A stretch of 64,000 nucleotides of DNA from Hormiphora californensis. Taxonomy: Eukaryota; Animalia; Ctenophora. Of this stretch, positions 49,501 through 64,000 are shown piece after piece. The stretch spans positions 4,898,001-4,962,000 of the forward strand of contig CM035358.1 in the NCBI GenBank assembly GCA_020137815.1, read 5' to 3'. The notes beneath the pieces were generated by a model. That model was given only the letters and a program-made list of their open reading frames with translations, made no database searches and was not told the origin of the DNA. Positions within the stretch are counted from its first letter, which is position 1, and every line of letters begins with the position of its first letter. A program made the translations under genes and the position numbers.

Positions 49501-50699
49501 AACTTGGGGAACAAACATGGTGATAGAGCCAAGTATTTCTCTCCTGAGTCTCCCGACCACTCCTCTCCAGAGGGGAAGTCTCAAAACTTGGAATCTGATT
49601 TGTCGCTATGGGAACAGCTGGAGGAGGACCTAACTAAAGATGATGTGGAACTGTTCAGTCCCGTTGAAGTTGTTCAGCCTAAACAAAAACCTTTCTCCTC
49701 CCTCTCCTCACCCCCTCGGCAGCTACTCACAATCTCTCCTAACTACTAAACCTCCCACCTCTAAACGCCCTATCCACAAGTCGGCCTAAATCCCTCAAGG
49801 TCGACCCCCTCTAAATCATCCTCCTTCCTAGTGTCCTGGTCTAAAGGGAAACCAACCATCAAATCACCGGAGTTGCAGTTGCCACGGAAACGCGACAAGA
49901 GTATATCACCGGGAACACCCCCGGAAAAACGTCGTAAAGTGGCCGGGGAGAAGATCCGGACTCTAAATTGGATACCCATTACATCAAACAATCCTGCTTG
50001 TTCCCGGTTGAAAAACAGGAAACATTTTACCCAAGAGCGTACAAAATTTCCAACCAAGATCCCAAAACCACCACCTCCCCAGATACCCTCCCCAAATTTA
50101 GAGCAGCTAAAAACAGGGTGGACAGTAGTTTCACGTGATTCCATCCACTGTGTTTCAACCCACACAGAGCTCAGGAAGTGAATCTATACCACAAGCTTCT
50201 CAATTCGCACACCCTCAAAATCGGGCCGACTGCCAGGAACTGGGAACTTCGAGCAGGAGATATCGGTCATTCTACCATGATATTCCTACTATCACTACCG
50301 AGATCACATGACGAGATCACATGCCAATCCCACGTGGTACACCCTGGCATTACAATTAACGGGATCAGGATTGTGTACGAGAATGATGGGTTGTTTAGGG
50401 TGGTTGGTGTTTGTGATGAGGTGGAAGAGTTTGGGAAGAGTGACGTCATAGAGACTCTCCAACTCGTTGCCAAGCAACCAAATGAGGTTGTTGAGTCGAC
50501 CCAAGGTTTGAGCGGTTTCGAGGCGGTGAGGTGTGATAAAGTGAGGGGGTATTTGAGGCAGAGAGCTGTTAGGATGAGCAGGGCCTTTGCAGCTTTCGAT
50601 GTAACACAAGTTGATGTTTTTGATTTATATACGAATTGTACGGATAAGGTTTGTCTGTGTGATAAACCGGTTAAAAAGACGATTTTTAGAGCTAGTTGA
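46505..50699 (+). CDS. PMS1: MutL-family mismatch repair protein PMS1 (animal PMS1 type), with frame breaks in the last exon region
   Basis: Exons 46505-46636, 46854-47073, 48207-48334, 48484-48683, 48860-49012 and 49200-50699. GHKL motifs VKELLENALDA, IEVRDNGSGI, HFTSK, TYGFRGEA, LFGKIPVRK, VDVNV; PMS1-type C-terminus FNPHRAQE..LYHKLL..NGIRI..KVRGYLRQRAVRMSR. In-frame stops at 49747 and 49762 and a frame change near 50150. Confidence 0.88.
47400..48085. mobile_element. Non-autonomous Helentron/HINE-like repeat in PMS1 intron 2
   Basis: GACCAAGTTTCATATCGATTGGATAAG motif, colinear with 9727-9950; 3' hairpin CCCCT-TCAAAGAT-AGGGG. Boundaries approximate. Confidence 0.5.
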
Positions 50700-50867
50700 G
50701 ACTATTTTATAACTTTTTATAGAATTTTGAATTCATTTTTAAACTCTTTGTTAAACTATGCTGTGTCTTGAGTCAAGTGCAAGTGTGTGCATTGTGTATG
50801 CACTATGCAGTGTGCTGTTCAAAAGTTGTACAAAGCTAATATTCCAATTATTTTCAAGTAGCAAGAG

Positions 50868-52089
50868 ATGGCCAAAGTTCAGATATCTAATGTCAATGTT
50901 CTGGCAAACCCAGCCCCTTTCTCTGACCCGTTCCAATTTGAAGTTACTATCGAGTGCATCGACGACCTACCGAATGGTGAGAAATCAATATATTGAGATG
51001 TCAAATAAATAAAGAGTTGCTGTACATTTGATTTAGCAAATAGCACTGAATTCAATATATCACCCTCCTCTTCTACTTCCATCCCACTTAATTAATCTTA
51101 CATCCCCTCACCTTCTAGCTCTACTCTTCTCCACTCCACTACTCCCCCTTCCCAGATATTGAGTGTAAAGTAGTGTACGTCGGTAGTGCTGAGTCAGAAC
51201 AATACGACCAAGTCCTTGACTCAATCCTTGTCGGACCAGTTCCCGCTGGCAGACACATGTTCGTCTTTAAGGTACGTGTCATCTCTCTGTTTCCCGCCAA
51301 ACACCCCGCTCTTTGTTTGAAACTGCGCTTAACCAGCACAATTTCTTTGTTTCTAACCACCCTTCTATTTTTAGGCCGATGCCCCTGACGCCTCCAAAAT
51401 CCCGACTAATGACATTCTGGGTGTGACAATAGTGCTGATTGTATGTAGTTATCTGGGGAAGGAGTTTGTGAGAGTGGGATATTACGTCAATAATGATTAT
51501 TTGGACAATGAATTGAGGGAAAACCCTCCCGATATTCCCCAGCTCGATAAGGTTCGTGCTGTAGACCCCCAGAAATGTAGACCTGCTCGCGCGAAGAAGC
51601 GGGAGTCGAGCCGCGCGCGCCTTCCCGGGAGAACCTAAAGCGCTGACAAGCGATCGAGCAATCTTTTTTGATATCCTTCATATCCTGCAGGTCCAAAAGA
51701 ACATTCTAGCTTCCAATCCCCGAGTTACAAGGTTCAAGATTGATTGGGATGGTCAAGAGGGGCAGCAGGAGCAGCAGCAACCCCAGGACCAGCAGATAAT
51801 GGCTGAACCACAGATGCAACACAACCAGGTTTGTGGGCTTATGAAATGTCCTGTTTTATCTTGTACAAAGCACATCACACAAAGCATATTCATCCGTCTG
51901 TGGCCTAACAAATTCATGTCGAGCAAGGCAAACAGATTCATGTTCTACCAGTTCGATTTCATCAACAGTTTGATTTTCTCACTTTCTGAAATTCTGTCTC
52001 TCTTTCAGCCATCCAGTTCGCATCACCACGATGAGCCTATTGTGCAAGTTCCCCCAGTCGAGATGAGTATGGATGCCATGGCCTTCTGA
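50868..52089 (+). CDS. ASF1: Histone chaperone ASF1, 5 exons
   Basis: Exons 50868-50976, 51156-51271, 51375-51551, 51691-51828 and 52009-52089. MAKVQISNV..PFQFEVTIEC..YVGSAESEQYDQVLDSILVGPVPAGRHMFVF..EFVRVGYYVNNDY..NPRVTRFKIDWD. Confidence 0.96.
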
Positions 52090-53289
52090 AGACGAATCAC
52101 AATAATTTAACTATAAAGTGTTGAAAAGAAAGACTTGATTGAAAGGGAGATAGAGGGTGCTAATTGTTTATTTACCAGCACCTTCAGACAAATCTAATAA
52201 ATACGCTATACGAAATCTAGCAGTTTCATCCTTCAAATTAACATGAAACATCCTTCCATTGTGATTGAAAAGAGAGGCCGAGGTTTTGCGAGTTTTCTCC
52301 AAGTCCGCTTGATATTCTGTAGATGTCGTTGCATCTTCTTTTTGTTATTCATAATTGAAATATAATTCCAATTGAAGAATATCCGACTTATGAACTTGAC
52401 TTCTGAAGAAACTTCCCGGATCAAACCTTCCGAAGAGAGCAAACGACGTCATAGCGGACTTCACTGACCGACGCGCACACTCACTCACTACTGACAACAG
52501 TGCGCTTTCAATAATAGCACTGAGATTCGCGCGTTACGTTCAGTTCCCATTGTTTTGGGGTGGTGCAGCATTGGTTACAGCAATGCTGCCTCTCTCCCGC
52601 CCAATTATATCATGATAGGGGACCAATCTGATATTTTGTGATTCGTCCACGATGGTAATATGTATTCCTTGTACTATCGATATCAGAAAATCCACTATCC
52701 CCCTGTTTCAATGATCGTTATTGAAAATCAGAAGAAAAACGCTCGGATTTTGGAAGATGATAACATGATACAGTAATTCTAAACTCACTCTCAATACAGA
52801 TGTGAGCACTCAACACTCACATAAAGATTCTCTTATACCCAGTAAACCCATTTGATGTCCTTAGCTTACAAATTCCCTTTTTTTCAATACACGGAAAAAA
52901 TAAAACAGTTGTCCCTTGCACTATAATAATGCTCCAGAAAAAAAAAGTTTATACACACTCTCTCTAGTAATATAAACACTAAATATATTGTAACATAATT
53001 GTTTTAGGCTCGCTGTAAGAAGCAGAAACAGAACAAAAAACGCAAAGGGAGATGTGTAGTCGACTAGTAGCAGAAGGCGGAATACTTTCATTATTTTCGT
53101 ATCATTTTCTGAAAAATGGAGGGTGTTAGGAAAATATGCAGGATGTGCAGTTGGTATATCATGCTTCAGCAGGCAAGAAAATATGCTAAATATGGCCGTG
53201 AGTATTTGGGTTGAACGGTGATGACATGATGGAAAGAAGGAAATAAAAAAGTGGTATGACAAATGGGGAGAGAGAAAATGGCGATGTCA

Positions 53290-53752
53290 GAGCTCTACAG
53301 AATTATCGTTCATCCTGAGGTCTGATGCATATATCTCAGATGGGGGAATCGGTGCTCCGTAATAGTGCAGATCTGGCTGTCATTTATTTGTGATTGCTGC
53401 GTCTGGAGGAAGGCTGTCGTATCTGTTGCAGTCTCTGGAGATCAAATGACGAAAGGAAGCTATATTGCTCTTGGAGTTGTAAATTTGCTCAGAAATCAGG
53501 CTCTCTCAGGTTCTCTCTCTGCACCTCCTAGTTGTTATTTTGTTGGTTGTTCCTCCCAAAGAGAGGGAATAGTCCCTGTTGCTGGTAATCCTCGGGACCG
53601 GGGGGAGTGGCCGGGATCATTCTTTGGGGGACAGAGGGAGGAGGGGGTCCTGCCCGGGGCACCATTCTCCTTGTTACCATGGGTGGTGTGGGTGTTCGGC
53701 CATCAAACTCTGTGACGTCATCCAGGTCAAGAAGCAGCTGGGGGATCATCAA
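53290..53752 (-). pseudogene. Possible decayed Pro-rich coding sequence
   Basis: Coding-like composition; a 74-aa ORF, then two long frames each broken by isolated stops. No family recognised. Confidence 0.25.
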
Positions 53753-54094
53753 GTGTTGGTGTGTGTGTTGAATAAATCATGTTCATATGGGAGATTTTTA
53801 GAGGAGCTCTAAAACGAACGCTGCGGGTAAATCTTTCCCGAGAAAGGGGAGAATTCTATCGAAATTACCCCACGTAGAGGTAAATATGTAAAACACGGGA
53901 GAGAATCCTTTATTTAATTTGTCGTACCGCAGCATTAAATAGATCGTGTGATTTACAGTAGGCATTCGATGGTACTGCATCGATCGAATGTTCGAGTTAT
54001 TGTTGTCTGGTGTGAGTGAATTGGAGGCGAATGACTCTTGAGTGTGTGTGAGATTGAGAGAGAAAGTGAGAAAGAGAGAGAGAAAAGAGAGAAA

Positions 54095-54127
<33 letters not shown>

Positions 54128-54311
54128 TAGAGAGAGATAGAGTTTGAATTAGTATCACAGGGAATTAGTTTACACATTCTGTGCGTACACGCACAGACAC
54201 AAAAATCAGCAAGATTCCATGGTAGCACAGCAGAGCAGATTACTTCATGCAGCGAGAGTCAGAAATGAGAAAGTAAAAAGGAGCGAGTGAGAGAGAGAGA
54301 GATATAGAGAG

Positions 54312-54368
<57 letters not shown>

Positions 54369-54407
54369 GAAAGAGAGAGTAAGAAAGAGTAGTTTGAGAG
54401 AAAGATA

Positions 54408-57400
54408 TCATCTTTGTAGGAGCTGCATAATCACAATCAGCAGAAATCAACCAAAGCACACACATATTCCTTACACAGTATGTCAAAAGATAGGGCAGGG
54501 TTGACCCTTGTTAATTGCCGCCCATACTAATTTTCATTGCCTGGAGAAGTGGGTTAATTGGGGTTAATTGGGATTAATTAGTGGTTAATTGGGTAGTGGT
54601 TTAATTGGGTAATGGGTTAATTGGGTAATGGGTTAATTGGGTAGTAGTTTAATTGGGTAGTGGGTTAATTGGGTAGTGGGTTAATTGGGTAGTGGGTTAA
54701 TTGGGTAATGGGTTAATTGGTAATGGGTTAATTGGTTAGTGGGTTAATTGGGTTAATTGGGTAGTGGGTTAATTGGGTAGTGGGTTAATTGGGTAGTGGG
54801 TTAATTGGTGGTTAACTTGGTAATGGGTTAATTGGGCCTGGTTGGTTGTTGGTTAGAAATAATTTGAAATTTGATGCCAACCTTCCCAAATATATTTCCT
54901 GGCCAAGATATTTCCTGCCCCCCCCCCCCCCCAAACATCATCGTAATATGTTTGCACATTATACCTCCTATATATCGGACATTGGCACCTCTTATTTTAT
55001 GACACATATCGTGATATATACCTCCATTATACTTCGAACATCATCACCAAACTATTATTGTCATCTGATAACCAATCATCTAAGTGTCTTTGAGATGTGC
55101 CGACCGAACTACCATATTCCAAGCACCGGGATGATATCATAACATACACCCATGTAAACCACATTCCAACAGATCATATATATATCGGACAGTCCCCCCA
55201 TCTCTGATCATGTATCTATAATTTCCCTTCCTTCTTCTCTCTCTATCTCCCTACAACAACAATAACAGTGCTTTCGTCAACTGTTCACACTCAACTCAAA
55301 GAACAACAAACTAGAAAGATACACCGATGAAGTCACTTGAGTATCCACCTACATGCACACAATGATGAACTATCACCAGGGTCAAACATTAGTTTTACTC
55401 ATCCCTTCTCGATTAACTTTTAATAAATTATTGCCCCATTCGTCATTCTCAATTACCATTAATGAACCAATTAAACCCCCAATTAATTACCCCCCTAATA
55501 AACCAATTAAACCCCCAACTAATTACCCCTGATAAACCAGCTAATTATTACCTTGCTCATATCCACACCAGTGATATCCTCGATAACCTTGGGGAGATTC
55601 CTCACAATCTCCAGTACCTCTCCGGTCAGCTTAGCAGCGCCCACCTCTCCGTTAGGCCCGGCAACAAGGGTGACCTTGTTAACATTTTGGAGGGGTGCAG
55701 CAACCTCAGCGCAGATCTGGGTGGAAGAGAGAGATTGTTGTTATTATTTGGGTTGGTAAAAGTTTTAGTCAGCAACTATATTGTTATATCAGAGACCAGA
55801 GCTCCAACACCGGCATGGAAATGTGAGAGAAAGAGACGGTTACAAAAAGTAGATAACCGGTGGAAAGCTCCCCGGACTGATGTTATAATGCGCATGTTGC
55901 TACTTGCACCCACAAGCTCACCGATATACACCCACCTTGGGGAGCTGTTGGAGGATCATGTCCACCATAGCGGCATCCTTGTATTCATTCCACGCCTCAG
56001 CCTTCTTGGCCATCTGCTCAGCCTCAGCCTTGGCCTTGGCCTCAATGGCGTAGGACCTAGCTTCAGCCTTCAGACGGATTGCCTCAGCCTCAGCTTCAGC
56101 CTCGATAATCCTCTTGTTCCTGAGAAAGTGGTCGGTAAATAAGAAACTTGTTTTAGCCCAAAATGTTTTATATTTAACTCTTTTGCAACCAGTAGTATAA
56201 AAAGTCAAATTTACAAAACTCACTTTTCAGCCTCGGCAAGTTGCTCAATTTGGTATCGTTCAGCCTCAGCAGGTTTGATGACCTGGGCATCCAGTTCCTT
56301 CTGTTTTCTCACAATCTCCTGCTCCTGGATAGAAATCTGCTTCTGTCGCTCAATAACCTGAGACAGGGTGTTGGGTTTAGTAGGACGTTATAACTTAGTA
56401 CAAATTGTTGTGCCCCTAGAATAGTAAGTATACAAATACAAAACAACGGTGGTTTATTGGTCTAGAATTTAGCAATTACTTGAACAAAAACTGTCCTACC
56501 AACCTTAATTTGCATGGTTTCCTCCTTGATCCTCTGCTGGGTCTTGGCAGCCTGGAGATCGTAAGACAACTCAGATTGGGCCTTCTTAGTTTGGGTTTCC
56601 ATATCAAACTTGGCTTTCTTCAACATGTAATCCCTCTCCGCAACAGCAGTCGTGATCTTGTTTTCAAACACAGCAGCCATTGCTCGCTCCTGGGCTTCCG
56701 CTTCCTGTGGGAGAATTTGGTGATAATCAGGTTCAGGTTGTTTGTTGTTTCCTATATTTGAAACATTACATGTAGATAGGTTTCCCGTTTCCACTTGAGA
56801 CTAAAGACCAGTATTAAATATTCACTTTTCTCCAACACACACAAGTTCCTACAAGTTGCAGGTTTGTCTGTGTTGGAGTAAGAACTATTGTAACTTGATC
56901 TGAGTACCCCCCCCCCCCCAGGTGCCCCCTCATTCTAATGTTCTCTACTGCGAAGTGGGGTATCAAGTTTTCCTTTCTAGTTATTAGATCACTAAATTCC
57001 AGAACAAAAAAATTACATCTCTCTCCAAATCCAAATCTGTCCCTCACCTGGATTCCAGCATCTCGTTTCGCTTCCGCACTACCGATATCAGCATCTCGTT
57101 TCACCTCAGCAGTCCTGGGTTTACCAAGGGATTTCAGGTAGTTTTGGTCATCAGTCACCTCGTTGATGGTGTAGGAAATAACTCGGATTCCCATGGACAT
57201 TAGATCGGTAGAAGCAACCTAGGAAATGGAACAATCAATTATCAGGGAATTGGTTGCATTTTCAAACTGATATATCGGAATCAGGAGCAGGAGAGTGCCA
57301 TTTTATTAAACCTCGACTCTGTCAGTGTGTCTGTTTTTCTGTTACTACAGCTCTGCCGGTCTGTTTCATTCTGTTAGATTCTGTTTTGTATGTTTTTCTG

Positions 57401-58732
57401 TTAGATTCTGTTCGGTTCATCTCAGTACCTGCAAGACTTGCTCGGAGAAGGCAGCTCGGTTTTTGTAAATATCTTCCACCGTCATAGTGCCCATAATGGC
57501 ACGTTGATGACCCTAGTGGAAAGAGGGATTCATGGACGTAACAATTATGGGAATTGTAGCCATACTTATCAGCTGGTTTCGTAATCGCAAGATAATGATT
57601 ATCTAATTATTCAATTAGCAAATAGTAAATTACCTCGAGTGTTTCAGAACAGATTTGGTTGATTTGTTTGGCACTTCTATTCATGAAGAGTTCAGCAGCA
57701 GACATCAGACTCTTCTTGTCCTTCGAGTGGATCTTGATCTGAAAAAGGGGACGAGAGGGTTAGACAGTTCATAGTTAATATATGCGAGGGTTCATACTTC
57801 ATACTTTAGTCAAACTGTTTGACTAACTTGACCCTCTTCAAGTGTATGATCACTACAATTTACAGTGTGAAAATATTAATTTCATCCGAACAAATATATC
57901 AACTAAATTGCTCTGAATAATGACCACTGCAGTGCTGGTAGTGTTGTCTATTTTACACAAAAGGATTTGTAATGAACCAACAATAGATTACATTGGAATC
58001 TACACTAGCTCTCCGGTTCTAATCAAACTGACACACAACTGACACGAAACCCCCCTAAAATATCAAACTACCACCTAATTATCACCTATTTATCACCAAT
58101 TAATTAATTAATCATATCTACCTGGGCAGTTCCAGTAACGTTGATGGGGACACCGAGTTTGGTGTACACCTGGGTAGTGATGATCTTGGTAGTGATTACA
58201 TTGAGCGGTAACCTTCCAATCTTTTGTACACAGGGAAACACCAGGAGTCGTCCTCCGACCACCATCTTAGGCTTGGCATGGCAACATCCTGGAGGGGGAG
58301 GGGGTGTTATCAAGATCATGGATGGGAGAGAGGGGCGTTAGCAACGTGCTGTAGGGGAGGGAGGGAGAGGGAGGTTAGCAAGATCCTGATTTCTGGGGTT
58401 GGGAGGGATATAATGCTGTTAGAACATTTCAGTGTATTGGATTCTAAACAGAAGACGTCGTGAAGGCTGCTGTGTGCTGAAGAAGGAGGAGAGAATGTTA
58501 TGGAACCTGTCATCACTTTCCTCAGAAATGACAAGTACACACAGAGTATGAAAGCGGGCTAACAGAATATAAATGACAGATAACAGACTGTTAAGTACGG
58601 TCCCTGTTCACTGTTCAGTAGTGGTCTACCGAGGGCGGGTCTATAATAGTATACTGACTACTACTACTACAGAACCAACTTACCAGATACGATGAGAGCC
58701 TCATTGGGACCACACGTGTAAAATCCAGCCAT
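54408..58732 (-). CDS. FLOT1: Flotillin-1-like SPFH protein, 10 exons
   Basis: Exons 58732-58684, 58288-58122, 57738-57634, 57512-57429, 57218-57048, 56704-56504, 56357-56224, 56119-55936, 55716-55552, and a last exon either 54422-54408 (LLQR*) or 55348-55277. [30 protein letters not shown] repeats, [10 protein letters not shown]. Confidence 0.94.
54550..54836 (+). repeat. 16-bp G-rich minisatellite GGGTTAATTGGGTA(G/A)T
   Basis: About 15 degenerate tandem units with regularly spaced GGG tracts. Confidence 0.9.
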
Positions 58733-59352
58733 GTTTCCTACAATACAGAGAGGGGTGTTATATTGTATGCTATAATACAGAGAAGGAAGGGGTTGTCTTG
58801 AGAATTGAGATTGGTGGGGACTGGGGGTGGACAATGTCCACTGGACATTCGACACTTGGTGGGGTTTCGGGTGCCGACATTCGACAACTACCAAGTTTGG
58901 TACACAATTGGTGGGGTTTTGGGAATAAATAAAGGGATAATATCTTGATTGTGTTTTTGTAAAAGCTTGACACACTAAACATTTACAAAATTTACACACA
59001 CAAAATCAGAAAAAAAAAGATAATCTAAACTATTCAGTAAATCACAAAAAACTCCCAGAAAGCTACCTGTTAGGATTGCACTACTGATTATTTCTACTCC
59101 AATCATCAAACAAACAATAAAGATCAACCCCAAAACCAAAAAAAACAAATCTTGTATAAACAAACATGCTTATACACAGTTATTACAGTAAAAGTAAGAT
59201 AATTACATCACGATATATAAATTAACACATGGGATTTGATAAATTAAGTTACTACGGATGGTGGATGTGAATCATGCATAGAGAATTAGAAAAAAAAATG
59301 GTAGATCCATCTTTGTAGAAACTTCGGAAACTTTTTGAGCATCGTGCATTTT

Positions 59353-62953
<3,601 letters not shown>

Positions 62954-63260
62954 TTAATCGTTCACCGCTTGGTTAGGGGCAGTGTGCAGCTTTCAGCCGC
63001 GCTAGCCCCTCTTCGGACGGGGCAAGGGCCAAAGCCCCTGACAGGGAGTGGGGGTGAACCCCCTATATAAAATGGCCAAGGGGGTCCAGTGTCCACACTC
63101 CAGTCTCCACTGTCCAGGGGGGGAAAAAGGGGGAAAACTGAAATTGGCAAACGTTGCTGGCCCGGGATAAAGCAGCGCTTTTCAAAAACTGAAAAAGCGA
63201 AGATAAAAATTAAAAAAAAGGTGCGGTGCAAGTTAAAGTGCGTTTCAAACGACTTGACCT

Positions 63261-63501
63261 GGGGGGGGGGTGACACGTAACACTTTGTAACACTTTGTAA
63301 CATGTGCAGAAAACTTTTTGTGCACGTTACATGTTACAAAGTGTTACATAGTGTTACAAAGTGTTACATAGTGTTACAAAGTGTTACAAAGTGTTACATA
63401 GTGTTACAAAGTGTTACATAGTGTTACATAGTGTTACAAAGTGTTACAAAGTGTTACAAAGTGTTACATAGTGTTACATAGTGTTACAAAGTGTTACAAA
63501 G
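63261..63501. mobile_element. Truncated G10-run TIR element with 10-bp GTGTTACA(A/T)A repeats, inserted in a palindromic host repeat (63232-63605)
   Basis: G10-TGACACGTAACACTTT start after CTTGACCT; TGACCT reappears at 63502-63507. Removing the insert restores an inverted repeat with ~63555-63605. Confidence 0.7.
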
Positions 63502-64000
63502 TGACCTGAGATTCCTGGAAATTCAGGATTTCCCCTTTGTAAATACACGCGCAATGCGCCAAATTCCAAGAATTACGGGTCAAGTCGCTTGAAACGGACT
63601 TTAAGTGATTTATTATTCACGCGCGCGAATTTTCTTTCACACGCGCGGCACATATAAATGCGTAGCAAGTAAATTATCTTGGCGCCCTCCGTGTCAGTCA
63701 TCGTTGGGGTTAATTACATCAACGGTATACCCTCTTTTAAGAAAACAAACAACGGTTTATGTACTGTGCATTTAAATACGTTGGTGGGTCTATAAGTTTA
63801 TAAACATAAATAACGTCCGAGCATTGCACAAGGCAGCAGACAATGCTCAACTTCTGAAAAAGTTAAAATTCACGGACAAAATGTCCTTATCATCACAGAT
63901 CTCAGATATAAATATATCTTCGTGTTAAAGTCCTCAATACCTCCGCTCCCTGGAGTTGCTTCTCCTACGACCCCTAGATCCCTGCCGGTCACGTGACCGG

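Noticed and set aside
55462-56142. 226-aa plus-strand ORF and other long antisense ORFs over FLOT1, PCYT2, PMS1 and YTHDC1 exons
   Set aside because: Shadows of real exons on the opposite strand.

Overview
Eukaryotic (animal) genomic DNA with short GT-AG introns, many (GA)n microsatellites and many non-autonomous transposons. Nested genes plus splice acceptors just before start codons are compatible with a trans-splicing invertebrate such as a ctenophore; this is inference only. The left third (1-23.6 kb) is mostly repeats: LINE relics, MITEs, a 132/470-bp tandem array, a Penelope-type inverted repeat with two minimal hammerhead ribozymes, a ~1.6-kb stretch that looks like a sequencing artefact, and one orphan ORF. 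The centre is a 12-exon, 22-kb YTHDC1 (m6A reader) gene on the minus strand (45933->23674). Its introns hold three other genes: a same-strand intronless MEI4-like gene, an antisense F-type lectin/sushi gene and an antisense divergent class-A GPCR. They also hold a 6.35-kb composite foldback transposon and a telomere-like minisatellite. To the right, PMS1 lies head-to-head with YTHDC1 and is followed 168 bp later by ASF1. Flotillin-1 and PCYT2 follow on the minus strand. All eight recognisable genes have a pyrimidine tract plus YAG 1-9 nt before the ATG, suggesting spliced-leader trans-splicing and operon-like or intron-derived cistrons. Of these eight, only the two meiosis/recombination-linked genes (MEI4, PMS1) show frame breaks. 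Gene identities come from manual splicing and recalled homologue motifs, not database searches.
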